Assembly (NCBI GenBank): GCA_965112735.1
Contig: OZ218965.1
Location: 1,612,001-1,676,000 of the forward strand
DNA length: 64,000 nt
Direction of reading: 5' to 3'
DNA from: Phaeosaccion multiseriatum
Lineage: Eukaryota > Protista > Ochrophyta, other classes
Shown here: piece by piece, positions 12,075 to 24,005 of the stretch
How the letters are laid out: every line of letters begins with the position of its first letter
Position numbering within the stretch: the first letter of the stretch is position 1
Notes under the pieces: model-generated
Seen by the model: only the letters and a program-made list of their open reading frames with translations
The model's database searches: none
Told to the model about the DNA's origin: nothing
Position numbers and translations under genes: made by a program

Positions 12075-15000
12075 AGTAGAGACCGATGGCAGAAAAGAGG
12101 ACACAGCAGAGACAGACGGTAGAGAAGAGGACAAAGCAGAGACCGATGGCAGAGAAGAGGACACAGCAGAGACAGACGGCAGAGAAGAGGACACAGCAGG
12201 GACCGATGGCAGAGAAGAGGACACAGCAGGGACCGATGGCAGAGAAGAGGACACAGCAGGGACCGATGGCAGAGAAGAGGACACAGCAGAGACCGATGGC
12301 AGAGAAGAGGACAAAGCAGAGACCGATGGCAGAGAAGAGGACAAAGCAGAGACAGACGGCAGAGAAGAGGACACAGCAGAGACCGATGGCAGAGAAGAGG
12401 ACACAGCAGAGACCGATGGCAGAGAAGAGGACACAGCAGAGACAGATGGTAGAGAAGAGGACACAGCAGAGACCGATGGCAGAGAAGAGGACACAGCAGA
12501 GACAGACGGCAGAGAAGAGGACACAGCAGAGACCGATGGCAGAGAAGAGGACACAGCAGAGACCGATGGTAGAGAAGAGGACACAGCAGAGACCGATGGC
12601 AGAGAAGAGGACACAGCAGAGATCGATGGTAGAGAAGAGGACACAGCAGAGACCGATGGCAGAGAAGAGGACACAGCAGAGATCGATGGCAGAGAAGAGG
12701 ACACAGCAGAGACAGATGGTAGAGAAGAGGACACAGCAGAGACAGATGGCAGAGAAGAGGACACAGCAGAGACCGATGGCAGAGAAGAGGACACAGCAGA
12801 GACAGATGGTAGAGAAGAGGACACAGCAGAGACATATGGCAGAGAAGAGGACACAGCAGAGACCGATGGCATAGAAGAGGACATAGCAGAGACCGATGGC
12901 AGAGAAGAGGACACAGCAGATGGCAGAGAAGAGGACACAGCAGAGACAGACGGCAGAGAAGAGGACACAGCAGAGACAGATGGTAGAGAAGAGGACACAG
13001 CAGAGACAGATGGCAGAGAAGAGGACACAGCAGAGACCGATGGCAGAGAAGAGGACACAGCAGAGACAGATGGTAGAGAAGAGGACACAGCAGAGACATA
13101 TGGCAGAGAAGAGGACACAGCAGAGACAGATGGCAGAGAAGAGGACACAGCAGATGGCAGAGAAGAGGACACAGCAGAGACAGATGGCAGAGAAGAGGAC
13201 ACAGCAGAGACCGATGGCAGAGAAGAGGACACAGCAGAGACCGATGGCAGAGAAGAGGACACAGCAGAGACCGATGGCAGAGAAGAGGACACAGCAGAGA
13301 CCGATGGCAGAGAAAAGGACACAGCAGAGACAGATGGCAGAGAAGAGGACACAGCAGAGACCGATGGCAGAGAAGAGGACACAGCAGATGGCAGAGAAGA
13401 GGACACAGCAGAGATCGATGGTAGAGAAGAGGACACAGCAGAGACCGATGGCAGAGAAGAGGACACAGCAGAGATCGATGGCAGAGAAGAGGACACAGCA
13501 GAGACAGATGGTAGAGAAGAGGACACAGCAGAGACAGATGGTAGAGAAGAGGACACAGCAGAGACATATGGCAGAGAAGAGGACACAGCAGAGACCGATG
13601 GCAGAGAAGAGGACACAGCAGATGGCAGAGAAGAGGACACAGCAGAGACAGATGGCAGAGAAGAGGACACAGCAGAGACCGATGGCAGAGAAGAGGACAC
13701 AGCAGAGACCGATGGCAGAGAAAAGGACACAGCAGAGACAGATGGCAGAGAAGAGGACACAGCAGAGACCGATGGCAGAGAAGAGGACACAGCAGATGGC
13801 AGAGAAGAGGACACAGCAGAGATCGATGGTAGAGAAGAGGACACAGCAGAGACCGATGGCAGAGAAGAGGACACAGCAGAGATCGATGGCAGAGAAGAGG
13901 ACACAGCAGAGATCGATGGCAGAGAAGAGGACACAGCAGAGACAGATGGTAGAGAAGAGGACACAGCAGAGACAGATGGCAGAGAAGAGGACACAGCAGA
14001 TGGCAGAGAAGAGGACACAGCAGAGACAGATGGCAGAGAAGAGGACACAGCAGAGACCGATGGCAGAGAAGAGGACACAGCAGAGACCGATGGCAGAGAA
14101 GAGGACACAGCAGAGACCGATGGCAGAGAAAAGGACACAGCAGAGACAGATGGCAGAGAAGAGGACACAGCAGAGACCGATGGCAGAGAAGAGGACACAG
14201 CAGAGACAGATGGTAGAGAAGAGGACACAGCAGAGACAGATGGCAGAGAAGAGGACACAGCAGAGACCGATGGCAGAGAAGAGGACACAGCAGAGACAGA
14301 TGGTAGAGAAGAGGACACAGCAGAGACATATGGCAGAGAAGAGGACACAGCAGAGACCGATGGCAGAGAAGAGGACACAGCAGATGGCAGAGAAGAGGAC
14401 ACAGCAGAGACAGATGGCAGAGAAGAGGACACAGCAGAGACCGATGGCAGAGAAGAGGACACAGCAGAGACCGATGGCAGAGAAGAGGACACAGCAGAGA
14501 CCGATGGCAGAGAAGAGGACACAGCAGAGACCGATGGCAGAGAAAAGGACACAGCAGAGACAGATGGCAGAGAAGAGGACACAGCAGAGACCGATGGCAG
14601 AGAAGATGACACAGCAGATGGCAGAGAAGAGGACACAGCAGAGATCGATGGTAGAGAAGAGGACACAGCAGAGACCGATGGCAGAGAAGAGGACACAGCA
14701 GAGATCGATGGCAGAGAAGAGGACACAGCAGAGACAGATGGTAGAGAAGAGGACACAGCAGAGACAGATGGCAGAGAAGAGGACACAGCAGAGACCGATG
14801 GCAGAGAAGAGGACACAGCAGAGACCGGCGGCAGAGAAGAGGACACAGCAGAGACAGATGGCAGAGAAGAGGACACAGCAGAGACCGATGGCAGAGAAGA
14901 GGACACAGCAGAGACCGATGGCAGAGAAGAGGACACAGCAGAGACATATGGCAGAGAAGAGGACACAGCAGAGACCGATGGCAGAGAAGAGGACACAGCA

Positions 15001-15240
15001 GAGACAGACGGCAGAGAAGAGAACACAGCAGAGACCGATGGCAGAGAAGAGGACAAAGCAGAGACAGACGGCAGAGAAGAGGACACAGCAGAGACCGATG
15101 GCAGAGAAGAGGACACAGCAGAGACCGATGGCAGAGAAGAGGACACAGCAGAGACAGACGGCAGAGAAGAAGACACAGCAGAGATCGATGGCAGAGAAGA
15201 GGACACAGCAGAGACCGATGGCAGAGAAGAGGACACAGCA
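12075..15240 (+). repeat. 30-bp minisatellite (GGCAGAGAAGAGGACACAGCAGAGACCGAT), ~107 units including eight 24-bp units
   Basis: Homogeneous tandem array with a few recurring variant positions. Confidence 0.98.
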
Positions 15241-15674
15241 GCAGCAGCACAACAGGAGGGGGTGGAACGGGAGCAACACAACAAAACAGGGACAAGGGGG
15301 GCAGACCGAGAAGGACAGTAACTCGGACAATAGGGCAAGGGGCAACCGGCAGGGTCGGTACAGCAAAAAGGGGGTGGTGCGAGAGCATGTGGTTCTTTTT
15401 CTTTTCTTCGCGGAGGATGGTGGCACAGTGCGGGTGGTCTTGGCAAGAGTTGTGCACGGGGCGGACTCACCACAGAAGGAGTCTTGGGTCTTGTTGGAGA
15501 AGGTCAAAAGCAGAGGGGTCAGGGAGTACTTTGCGAATGGGTCAGTGTGCTTCAACGGAGTGAGCAGGGTCTTCAGAGGGGCGCCATTTGTAAGTGTATG
15601 GGCAGGACATTGACATTGGATATCGAGGAGGTCTATTTAGTTCAGATTCGGGACAGTGGGAGGGGCGGTTCAGT

Positions 15675-15920
15675 GACGAGGCCGTGGAGGGGGGCAAAGG
15701 GATGAGGCCGTGTAGGGGGCAAAGGGAAGGGACAAGGCCGTGTAGGAGGCAAAAGTGATAAGGACAAGGACGTACCGGACATGGAGGCAAGTGTGAGGAC
15801 AAGGACATTATCAAGGGAGGGGTATTGGACCTTAGCAACGTCTATTAAATCATCTTAGGAGAACTTGGAGTGAGCGGTAGGCCACTAGGTGGCTACTGAG
15901 CTGTTCCGGGAAGTGTCGTC
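15675..15920 (-). repeat. Older diverged partial copy of segment A terminus
   Basis: gagaacttggagtgagcggtaggccactaggtggctactgagctgttccgg matches the reverse complement of 18905-18985; 15675-15840 resembles 24050-24170. Confidence 0.65.
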
Positions 15921-16538
15921 ACTGCCCTTGTAGAGCTTGTGGGCACTGCATATACAATCCCCGGGACGGTGGTGGTCGGTCCCACATCTTTTTGCTTGCT
16001 TGTGCGGCTCAGAATCCGGTCTGGCTGGAGTTGGCCCCTCTTATATGCAGTAGCAGTGCACGATGAGTCACAGGTGGCTGGTGGATCATGGCGGCAAGGA
16101 GAGTCGCTTAAGATCACGTAGCTACGGTCCCCCATCTGCTGGTTGTGTTGGCGACTCCACACATAGCTAGCCCAGGCAGCCAGCCATAGGGTGGCTCAGC
16201 CATCAACACATGAAAGAAGCGGCCAAAGCAAGGGAAGCAAGGGGCATGGCTGGCTGGGCAGCTTTTTATGGTTACAAAAATCCCATGCCATGCTGTCCCT
16301 CTGTATCCACAGCCATCCTCTCCATCCTCGCTCCCCCCCCTCCATCCACTGCCACCCCCGCCCCCTCCTCCATCCACTAGTCTTGGCTACCAGCCATCCC
16401 CTCCTCCCTCTCCTGCAAAGATCGCGACTCCACACATAGCACATGGGGTGGTGGTTCACAGCCCAGAGGGCCGTCCCCCGTCCCAGCCAGGTAGGGGTGC
16501 AGCAAAACCCTCAGAATCTTTCGTTCCTTACTCTCATG

Positions 16539-16704
16539 TCGGCCCCTGACCAGCCAGGCCAGAACCTGGAACCTGCCTGGCCCGCTGGCGAGGCTTGCTT
16601 GGCAGAGTAGCCTTGCCCTCATCATTGCCATATCACATGATGGCTTTCGCCCAGAACTTGAGAACCTGGAACCTGGGTCGCCTCACAACCTGTTCAGGGG
16701 CGGA
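16539..16704. mobile_element. MITE related to 8202-8432
   Basis: tcggcccctga...tcaggggcgga ends; shared internal ccagaacctggaacctgcctggcc and gccctcatcattgcc; no clear TSD. Confidence 0.7.
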
Positions 16705-16812
16705 CACTCAGCCAGTTACACACGCACACGAAAGAAAGGGGAGGAGTGGAGAGGGACAAGATGGGCAGATTTTTACGCTTAGGAACGCCAAAAAGTGGCA
16801 AGAAGTGTGAAA

Positions 16813-16905
16813 GCTCGATTAGCTCAGCTGGTTAGAGCGTGGGTCTAATAACGTGTTCTTTACGTAGAGAACCCAAGGTCACCAGTTCAATCCTGGTATC
16901 GAGTA
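16813..16905 (+). tRNA. tRNA-Ile (AAT) with 19-nt intron (16851-16869)
   Basis: Acceptor GCTCGAT/ATCGAGT, A-box TAGCTCAGCTGG, anticodon stem TGGGT/ACCCA with AAT at 16847-16849, T-arm CCAG-TTCAATC-CTGG, T5 Pol III terminator at 16910-16914. Confidence 0.93.
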
Positions 16906-17236
16906 TACCTTTTTGCCTTTCAAAACAAAAATCCCCCCTTTTCCTGTCCCTTCTCTCCTTTTTGTTCTGGTGGTGCTAATACAAGAGGCAGAGACCTAAC
17001 ACCGTATCATATGGGTGCAGGGAGCATGTAAGCAAACAAAGAGCGAGGCAAAGTCGTCCCTTACCAGCACTTCGAAAGCAGGGGGGTGAGGTTGTGATGC
17101 TGGCCCTGCCCCATTGACTTACGGAAATTTCGGAAATTACTTGACGTACCTCCTCGTCGCTCGCTGGTTGGAGCCGAGCACCAGTGCTGGCCGGCTGCTC
17201 GAGGTACTCTTCATCGGAGCCGTAGACGTAAACCGC

Positions 17237-17535
17237 GTCTTGTCCATCACCCCCCGAAGACGAACCACGTGACTGCTGACCCGCCGCCTCGCTCGCTGCA
17301 CCACCAGCAGCACCACCACTCCTGGCCGGCTCCATCAATTCGCAATCGGAGTTGCTGACGCAAGTGTCTTGTCCATCATCCCCCGACGACGAACCACGTG
17401 ACTGCTGACCCGCCGGCTCGCTCGCTGCACCACCACTGAGCCGGCCTTCGTCCCATAACTTACGTCTTTGTCTCCCGCCGATGTCGAAACATATGACGAG
17501 TGCTGACCCGGCTCGCTCGCTGCACCAGCACCACC
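17237..17535. repeat. Local direct duplication (~70 bp x2 plus partial third)
   Basis: gtcttgtccatca.ccccga.gacgaaccacgtgactgctgacccgcc.gctcgctcgctgcacca at 17237 and 17366, partial at 17501. Confidence 0.8.
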
Positions 17536-17836
17536 AGTGCCCTCGTCCCCATGACCTCTGTCGCTCGCTTCGCGGCCGCCTCCAGGGAGCCTCGTGATTG
17601 GCCTTCTCCTCCTCCTTCGACTCTTGGCCTTCTCCTCTCGACGCTGCCTCCAGCTCTTGTCGTTGCTCTTGTTTGCCGGAGGTGCCTCCTGTGGGTAGTA
17701 GTTCGGGGTTCGTGAGGGAATGCGTAGCTACCTAGAGTACATCGCCCACGCTCCGGGGAGCACTCACCATTTGCGACTTCTCGGAGGAGGAGGAAGAAGG
17801 CTCGGAGCTGCTGGGGGGCTCGAGGTGGCTACCATT

Positions 17837-18210
17837 TTAGTACCCTCGCTCCACTCCTGGTGGTACGTGGTACACGGCCAACAGGGCACAGTGGCGGCCC
17901 TCGGCCAGGTTGTGGAGCAGCTCGCACTCCGGCTCCGAGCAAGTGGAGACGCACGCGTCGTTGGCGAATCTCCCAGAAATGCCATCCTCACCCTCGAGGT
18001 ACACACTGCCTGCCTGTAGTGGCCTCCTCGACCATCGCCATGTAGTCTTTGCTCCTTGTCCTCGTCGTCCTCGCCTAGGCATCACCACGACGGTGAAACC
18101 CCCGCGCTCCATCTCTTCCGTCGAAACCTGCGGCATCGTCATAATCTGGTGGCCGCAGCCAAGTGCCAGCCAAGACAGCCAGTCCAAGCGAGAGAGAAGC
18201 AAGAACAAGC
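17837..18210 (-). pseudogene. Degenerate SET-domain gene fragment
   Basis: RGQGAKTT (cf. KGWGLxT), ISGRFANDAC..PECEL (cf. RFxNHSCxPN), LLAVYHVPPGVE (cf. A.RDIxxGEEL); motifs altered and interrupted. Confidence 0.45.
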
Positions 18211-18946
18211 GGCGTTAGCACATCTTTGCGCAGCGCCGCAGGCAGGTTGTGTAGTAGTCTAGAAACAACACCTCACTCGCACGCACGCAGGCCAGTGGGT
18301 CCCGGCTTTTACCTTTTTCACTCCGGCAGGCGACGACTCTCCCCCTTGTCCAGGCGGGTCTAGACTAGCCCTAGCGTGGCGTGCGGCTGGCTGGAAATTG
18401 TGGAGCGACAACTGGCGCTAGTAGTACGCGCGTTCCTCTCCTCTTGGCTTCTACAACTGTTTGTTTTCTCTTCTTTTTCCTCTCTATCTCCCACGGTCCA
18501 ACTCGCATTATTTTTGCAGTCCCTCGCCCTCTGGTGCCATCCCCGACAAAAAACGAAACGGCAGAATGTTGCCCTTCGCTTTGTCACTACTCGAGTCGGA
18601 AGTAAGTAAATTACGTATTTATCCCTCCTGGGGCAGTTCAGCGCTCTGCCCGCTCGAGACCCCTCTAGTCTATCTCCTTCGTCTGACGGCATTGTTTGGC
18701 CTCTCGCTCCTTCCTCCACCGGTAGTGGCTACGCCTGGCTGTTCCCTCCTCCTTCTCCTCCTCCTCCTGTCTTTGCCTCCCTCTTTCTTTGCTCATGAAG
18801 CTCATGACGCTGCCTCTCGGCCCCTCGTCCACTCCCCACCTCACGCACACACGCCCTCACAGCGCTGTGTAAGCCTTCGAGCCAAGGGCAGACAGGGCGT
18901 GGGCTGACGACCCTTCCCGGCCGGAACAGCTCTCAGTACTAGCCAC

Positions 18947-20406
18947 GTAGTGGCCTAGCTACCGCTCACTCCCAAGTTCTCTGTGATGTAGCGACGGAAA
19001 GTTATATGTGCTAATGTCTAATACCACTCCCTTGATGATGCCCTTTGTCCTTTTACACCTGCCTCAATCATGTCTTATACGCTCTCACTTTTAGTATCCC
19101 CTTTTCCCCCCTACACGGCCTCGGGTGACACGAGTGACGAGCACGACACCAGCACCGGTGCAGCCAACCCAGCACTGCCACACCTGTGGGCATCTGCACA
19201 ACACGCACACACACGGCCCTGCACCTGACTTTGGGTCTCGATGTAGCGCTGGGTCGTGTGTGCGTGTGATGTACAGATGCCCACAGGTGTGGCAGTGCTG
19301 GGTAGCGGACCGCCCGCCCCCTCGCTGGAGCGCCAGCTACCTTCTCCTTCGGGGAAGCGGCTGAGAGGCGTACTCTCACTCTGTCCGTGCCATCAAAGAC
19401 AGCACGTCTCTCCGACAGAGGCGACGCCCAGCCAAGGTCGGGGTGGTGCTCTTCCCCTGACCCATATGCCCTACCACCCCTTGGCCCATGCAATGCCTTG
19501 GTGCGGCACGTGCTCCACATCCAGCGACTCTGACAAGGGGAAGAAAGTCACGGTACCACAAGAAGATGAGTCTCCCAAGCATGCATGACTGCGCCACTTC
19601 TCTGCCCTTTGGAGGGGACGGGGGGGGGGGGGGCACGGCGGAGGGGGGACAGGGCTGAGGCGGCGGGGGGGGGGCTCATTCATTCGCTCCTCAACTGCGG
19701 CAGTGCACAGGCGTTCCAATGGAACCCGCGATGAATGAACTGCTGTGCTACCTGTTGTCTGCTCTACGGTATTACTTGGTTTCTAACTATTTCCTCCTCA
19801 ATGGTACTACCTGGTGTCTACTGTTGGTCGTAATACTCCCTAGTAGTCTACTGCTGGTCCTTAGCAACGGTACTCCTCTTACCTTGTGGTCGCGCGTCTC
19901 GTTGCAGTTGCACAGCAGCTCTTGTTGGTTCAACACCGTCACAACGAGGGGGAACAGCAAGATGACTGTGTTGCCTCACACATCGGCAATGCCACCGCAA
20001 AGAGTGAGAGGCTTCCTGCCCTGCTGCTGGCTTGTCTGTTCTTGCGGTTCCGGGCTCGTTTGTCTTGCCCCCCCCCCCCAAATCACCAAGCATCACCGCA
20101 TGAGGTTGTTCTCAAAGCCTGGCATGAGACTCTACGTGTCAGAAGAGAGAGAAAGCAAGTGAGGGTAAGAGGGAGAGACAGAGAGGGTAAGAGAGAGAGA
20201 GAGAGAGAGGGTAAGAGGGAGAGACAGAGAGGGTAAGAGAGAGAGAGAGTAAGCGAGGCAACGCGCAATACAAAGGGTAGAGCGCAACTTGTCGGCAGCA
20301 GGACTTTGGAATCATCATCACGCAAGCGAAGCACTACAGAGAGCGACGGCAACTTGCACGCGCATCACGCGCCCTCACCTCCACAACCTTGTCCCCGTTG
20401 GTGATC
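18947..20406 (+). repeat. Segment A copy 1: direct duplicate of 40051-41424 including Vps33 last exon and part of the penultimate exon
   Basis: Colinear high identity with 40051-41424; reverse complement of ~22800-24218. Confidence 0.92.
19167..19303. repeat. 137-bp stem-loop (~47-bp arms), copy 1
   Basis: acccagcactgccacacctgtgggcatctg...cagatgcccacaggtgtggcagtgctgggt. Confidence 0.9.
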
Positions 20407-20407
20407 G

Positions 20408-20600
20408 TCGGCCCCAGACTGGCCTAGAAGCCTAGGCCTAGAGTCGAAATTTGGCCGGCCTAGGGGGGCCGCAGGCCCCCGGCCTAGGCCTATTTTTGGC
20501 GCAGCCCCCCCGGCTAGGCCTAGGCCTAGAACCGCCGGCCTAGGGAGAAAAAATGGCCGAGGCTTAAAGCTTCTTCTCCTGTAGGCCAGTCTGGGGATGA
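20408..20600. mobile_element. MITE (CTAGGCC family)
   Basis: TIR core ccccagactggccta / taggccagtctgggg; tgatcgtc repeated at 20402-20409 and 20598-20605; internal ggcctagg repeats. Confidence 0.8.
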
Positions 20601-20605
20601 TCGTC

Positions 20606-21202
20606 CTTACGTAAGGTACTAAAAGTAATGTACTTTTTTCTTTTCTTCCGCCATCTAATTAAACTACCCTACTCCTGTCCCTGCCTCTGCTGCTGCTGTT
20701 CCGGCGTTGCCCCCACGATGATGGCTGCGGGAGTGGTCTCCTTCTCGGAGTTGAAATGAGCCTTGGTTTGCCACATTAGAGAGAATATTGTGAGTGGCAC
20801 AGCTGGTACTTGCAAGGAAGGACTGAAGGCTTTCTTGGCTGAGCCGAGGGGAGAGACACCAAGGTGAGCCACAGCAACATGTGAAGCTTGGGAACGACCT
20901 TCGGAATTTCATACATTTCATTGTCTCATCCTTGCTTGTTCTTCGTCTTGTCGCTCATGGCAGGCTTAGCTACTTGAGAGAGAAGGGGAAGTCTTAGCGG
21001 GCGACGAATGGCGGGGAGACTGAGATGCGCATTGAGAGAGGGAGAGACTTGTGACATCTAGCCTGGTGGTAGTGGAGATGACGGCCACCCTGAGCAGAGG
21101 TCTCACGTGCAACACAGGCAGGGAGCCGTCGAGGCAGGAGCGAGTGCCACCACCACCACAACCACGAGCACCAGCAGCTTCAGCAGTAGCATTTGCGGCA
21201 GT

Positions 21203-21238
<36 letters not shown>

Positions 21239-21732
21239 CAGCATCAGCAGCATGGAGGAATCTCCTCGCGGGTGGCACCAAACCCGGAGAGGTAAACGCT
21301 TCGACACACTGCAACAACGGCCATTGACCTTCGGAGTGTGAAGGATGCAAAAGGGATGCCGCTGTCGAAGCGAGCACGGCAAGCTTTGGCGCAGAGGCTC
21401 ACCAGCGTGCCATCCCCCCCTCCCCATCAGCAGTGGCTGTATCAGCGGGACAGCAACCACAATGCAGACGGCGATACGATATCGAGGGGTCGACAGAGAA
21501 GGAAGAATGATAACGTCAGCCTTAGGAAGGCGGCGCAGCAGTATGGAATCACCAAGACTGCTCTGGAGTATAGGTGCAAGGGACGGGTTGCTTCTGTGGC
21601 TGTGGTGTGGGAAGGGCAATCAAGCCTTTGTGAGCTTTGTTGTGGGGTTGACTGGAACCACGTAGGCACCCTGGGCATTGGGAGTTGCTTCATTCGCGGC
21701 ATCAGGAGGCTGGCTGCAGGGCTTCAAGCGCC
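20606..21732 (+). mobile_element. Segment B copy 1: pogo/Fot1-like transposase relic with HTH_psq-like motif
   Basis: SLRKAAQQYGITKTALEYRCKG at ~21515-21585; inverted paralog at 27558-28922. Confidence 0.6.
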
Positions 21733-22320
21733 GGCTGCAACGACAAGACAAGGAGGCGGTATCTAGACGAGTCCCTACCTTGGTGAGTCCACATTCGTGG
21801 AGGGCAGGATATCGCCCGTGAGTGACTGGAGAGGGGCGTGGGGGTAGGGACAGGACAGAGGAGAGGCGCGTGCGACAGGGAGAGGGCATAGGGAGAGGGA
21901 GAGTGAGGGGGCGGAGGGCGAGGAAGAGGGGGAAGGAGGGCGAGAGTGTGTGAGGGAGAGAGGTCGGAGGGAGAGGGCAGAGGGCAGGGAGAGAGAAAGG
22001 CCTGTAGCTACTCTCCCCCACCAAATGACTTGATCCACCCATCACCACGATAATAATTGTTCTCTGCCTCGCTTGCTTCCCCTCCCCTTGTCAGTATGTG
22101 TTGTCATCCGGGTGTGAGGTGGAGGACCTCCAACCGGTGCAGTTGCCTATTAGGGGCGCAACCTGATGTGTCAATGACAGCTCAGGAGCGATCAAGGTCC
22201 ATGCCGCTGCTGGTGGATGCATGAGCCCGTTCTTCGTCATTACTGGAGCACGGAGGCAGGCACACACACATACACCTGGCTCTGACTTGGAACAGTCCTT
22301 GCCGGCCACCGCGGAGAAAG

Positions 22321-22340
22321 GATAGTGTATCAGGGGTTGA
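22321..22340. mobile_element. Orphan MITE terminus
   Basis: gatagtgtatcaggggttga, identical to 24737-24756. Confidence 0.8.
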
Positions 22341-22431
22341 GTTTAGGGGGGCTGTTTGTGGGCCCTGGCGCTCATGGCTTGGCGCCAGACACATGGGCGG
22401 GTCCGTGGCCTGCCCTAATCGTTTTGCTTGC

Positions 22432-23030
22432 ATCGGAGGCATGACCTTCATGGAGATTGCGACGCTGCGCTTCTTGTCGAGGCAGAAGGAATGTGAGTAT
22501 GAGCAATGCAGGAGGAGTGTGAATTGTGTCTGAGCACTGTGAGTAGGGCAGAAGGAGGTGAGAGTCGTGGAGTGTATGTAGAGTGCTGGACTCGCTGCGC
22601 GGGGGAAGGTCAGGTCAGTCAGAGATGAGAGGCTTCTTCCTTGGCGGGTGCAACAAGTGGATGGGAGGCTCCATGCAGTTTGCTTTTGTTGCAACGCACG
22701 CGGGCTGACCAAACTCCGTCACCTTCCTCGCTGTCCTTCCTTCCTTCCTTCCTTCCCTGGGCGGTCCAGTTCCCTTCCAGATTGTCATGGCGACCACGCA
22801 GATCACCAACGGGGACAAGGTTGTGGAGGTGAGGGCGCGTGATGCGCGTGCAAGGTGCCGTCGCTCTCTGTAGTGCTTCTCCTGCGTGATGATGATTCCA
22901 AAGCAAGTCGTGGCTGCTGCTGACAAGTTGCGCTCTACCCTTTGTATTGCGCGTTGCCTCGCTTACTCTCTCTCTCTTCTGACACGCAGAGTCTCATGCC
23001 AGGCTTTGAGAACAACCTCATGCGGTGATG
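22432..23030 (+). pseudogene. Duplicated 3' fragment of Vps33 (last three exons with introns, first one truncated)
   Basis: IGGMTFMEIATLRFLSRQKE | FPFQIVMATTQITNGDKVVE | SLMPGFENNLMR*; reverse complement of 41204-41786. Confidence 0.9.
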
Positions 23031-23868
23031 CTTGGTGATTTGGGGGGGGGGGGCAAGACAAACGAGCCCGGAACCACAGGCAGGTCGAGCAAGACTTGTC
23101 TCGTGAAGAACAGACAAGCCAGCACCAGGAGAGGACGAAGCTTCTCACCCCTTGCGGTGGCATTGCCTATGTGTGGGGCAACACAGTCATCTTGCTGTTC
23201 GATGCTGGTGACGGTGTTGAACCAAGAGCCGGCTGTGCAACTGCAACGAGACGCGCGACCACAAGGTAAGAGGAGTAAGTAGGACCAACAGTAGACACCA
23301 GGTAGTACCGTTGCGGAGGACCAGCAGCAGACTACTAGGGAGTATTACGACCAACAGTAGACACCAGGTTGTACCATTGAGGAGGAAATAGTAGAAACCA
23401 AGTAGTACCGTAGAGCAGACACCAGATAGCACAGCAGTTCATTCATCGCGGGTTCCATTGGAACGCCTGTGCGCTGCCGCAGTCGAGGAGCGAATGAATG
23501 AGCCCCCCTTCCCCCCCGCCTCAGCCCTGTCCCCCCTCCGCCGTGCCCCCCCCCCCCCGTCCCCTCCAAAGGGCAGAGAAGTGGCGCAGTCATGCATGCT
23601 TGGGACTCATCTTCTTGTGGTACCATGACTTTCTTCCCCTTGTCAGAGTCGCTGGATGTGGAGCACGTGCCGCACCAAGGCATTGCATGGGCCAAGGGGT
23701 GGTAGGGCATATGGGTCAGGGGAAGAGCACCACCCCGACCTTGGCTGGGCGTCGCCTCTGTCGGAGAGACGTGCTGTCTTTGATGGCACGGACAGAGTGA
23801 GAGTACGCCTCTCAGCCGCTTCCCCGAAGGAGGAGCTGGCGCTCCAGCGAGGGGGCGGGCGGTCCGCT

Positions 23869-24005
23869 ACCAAGCACTGCCACACCTGTGGGCATCTGTA
23901 CATCACACGCACACACGGCCTTGCGCTACATCGAGACCCAAAGTCAGGTGCAGGGCCGTGTGTGCGCGTGTTGTGCAGATGTCCACAGGTGTGGCAGTGC
24001 TGGGT
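23869..24005. repeat. 137-bp stem-loop, copy 2
   Basis: Same arms as 19167-19303, opposite orientation. Confidence 0.88.

Noticed and set aside
12075-15240. CRISPR-like array
   Set aside because: Head-to-tail repeats with no unique spacers and no cas genes; eukaryotic context
10910-15613. Cys/Leu-rich and MAEKRTQQ giant ORFs across the minisatellite
   Set aside because: The unit is a multiple of 3 and lacks stops in most frames, so openness alone is expected
18935-18965. Hairpin plus CTAG resembling a Helitron 3' end on the minus strand
   Set aside because: Spacing is atypical and homology with 15860-15920 continues past it
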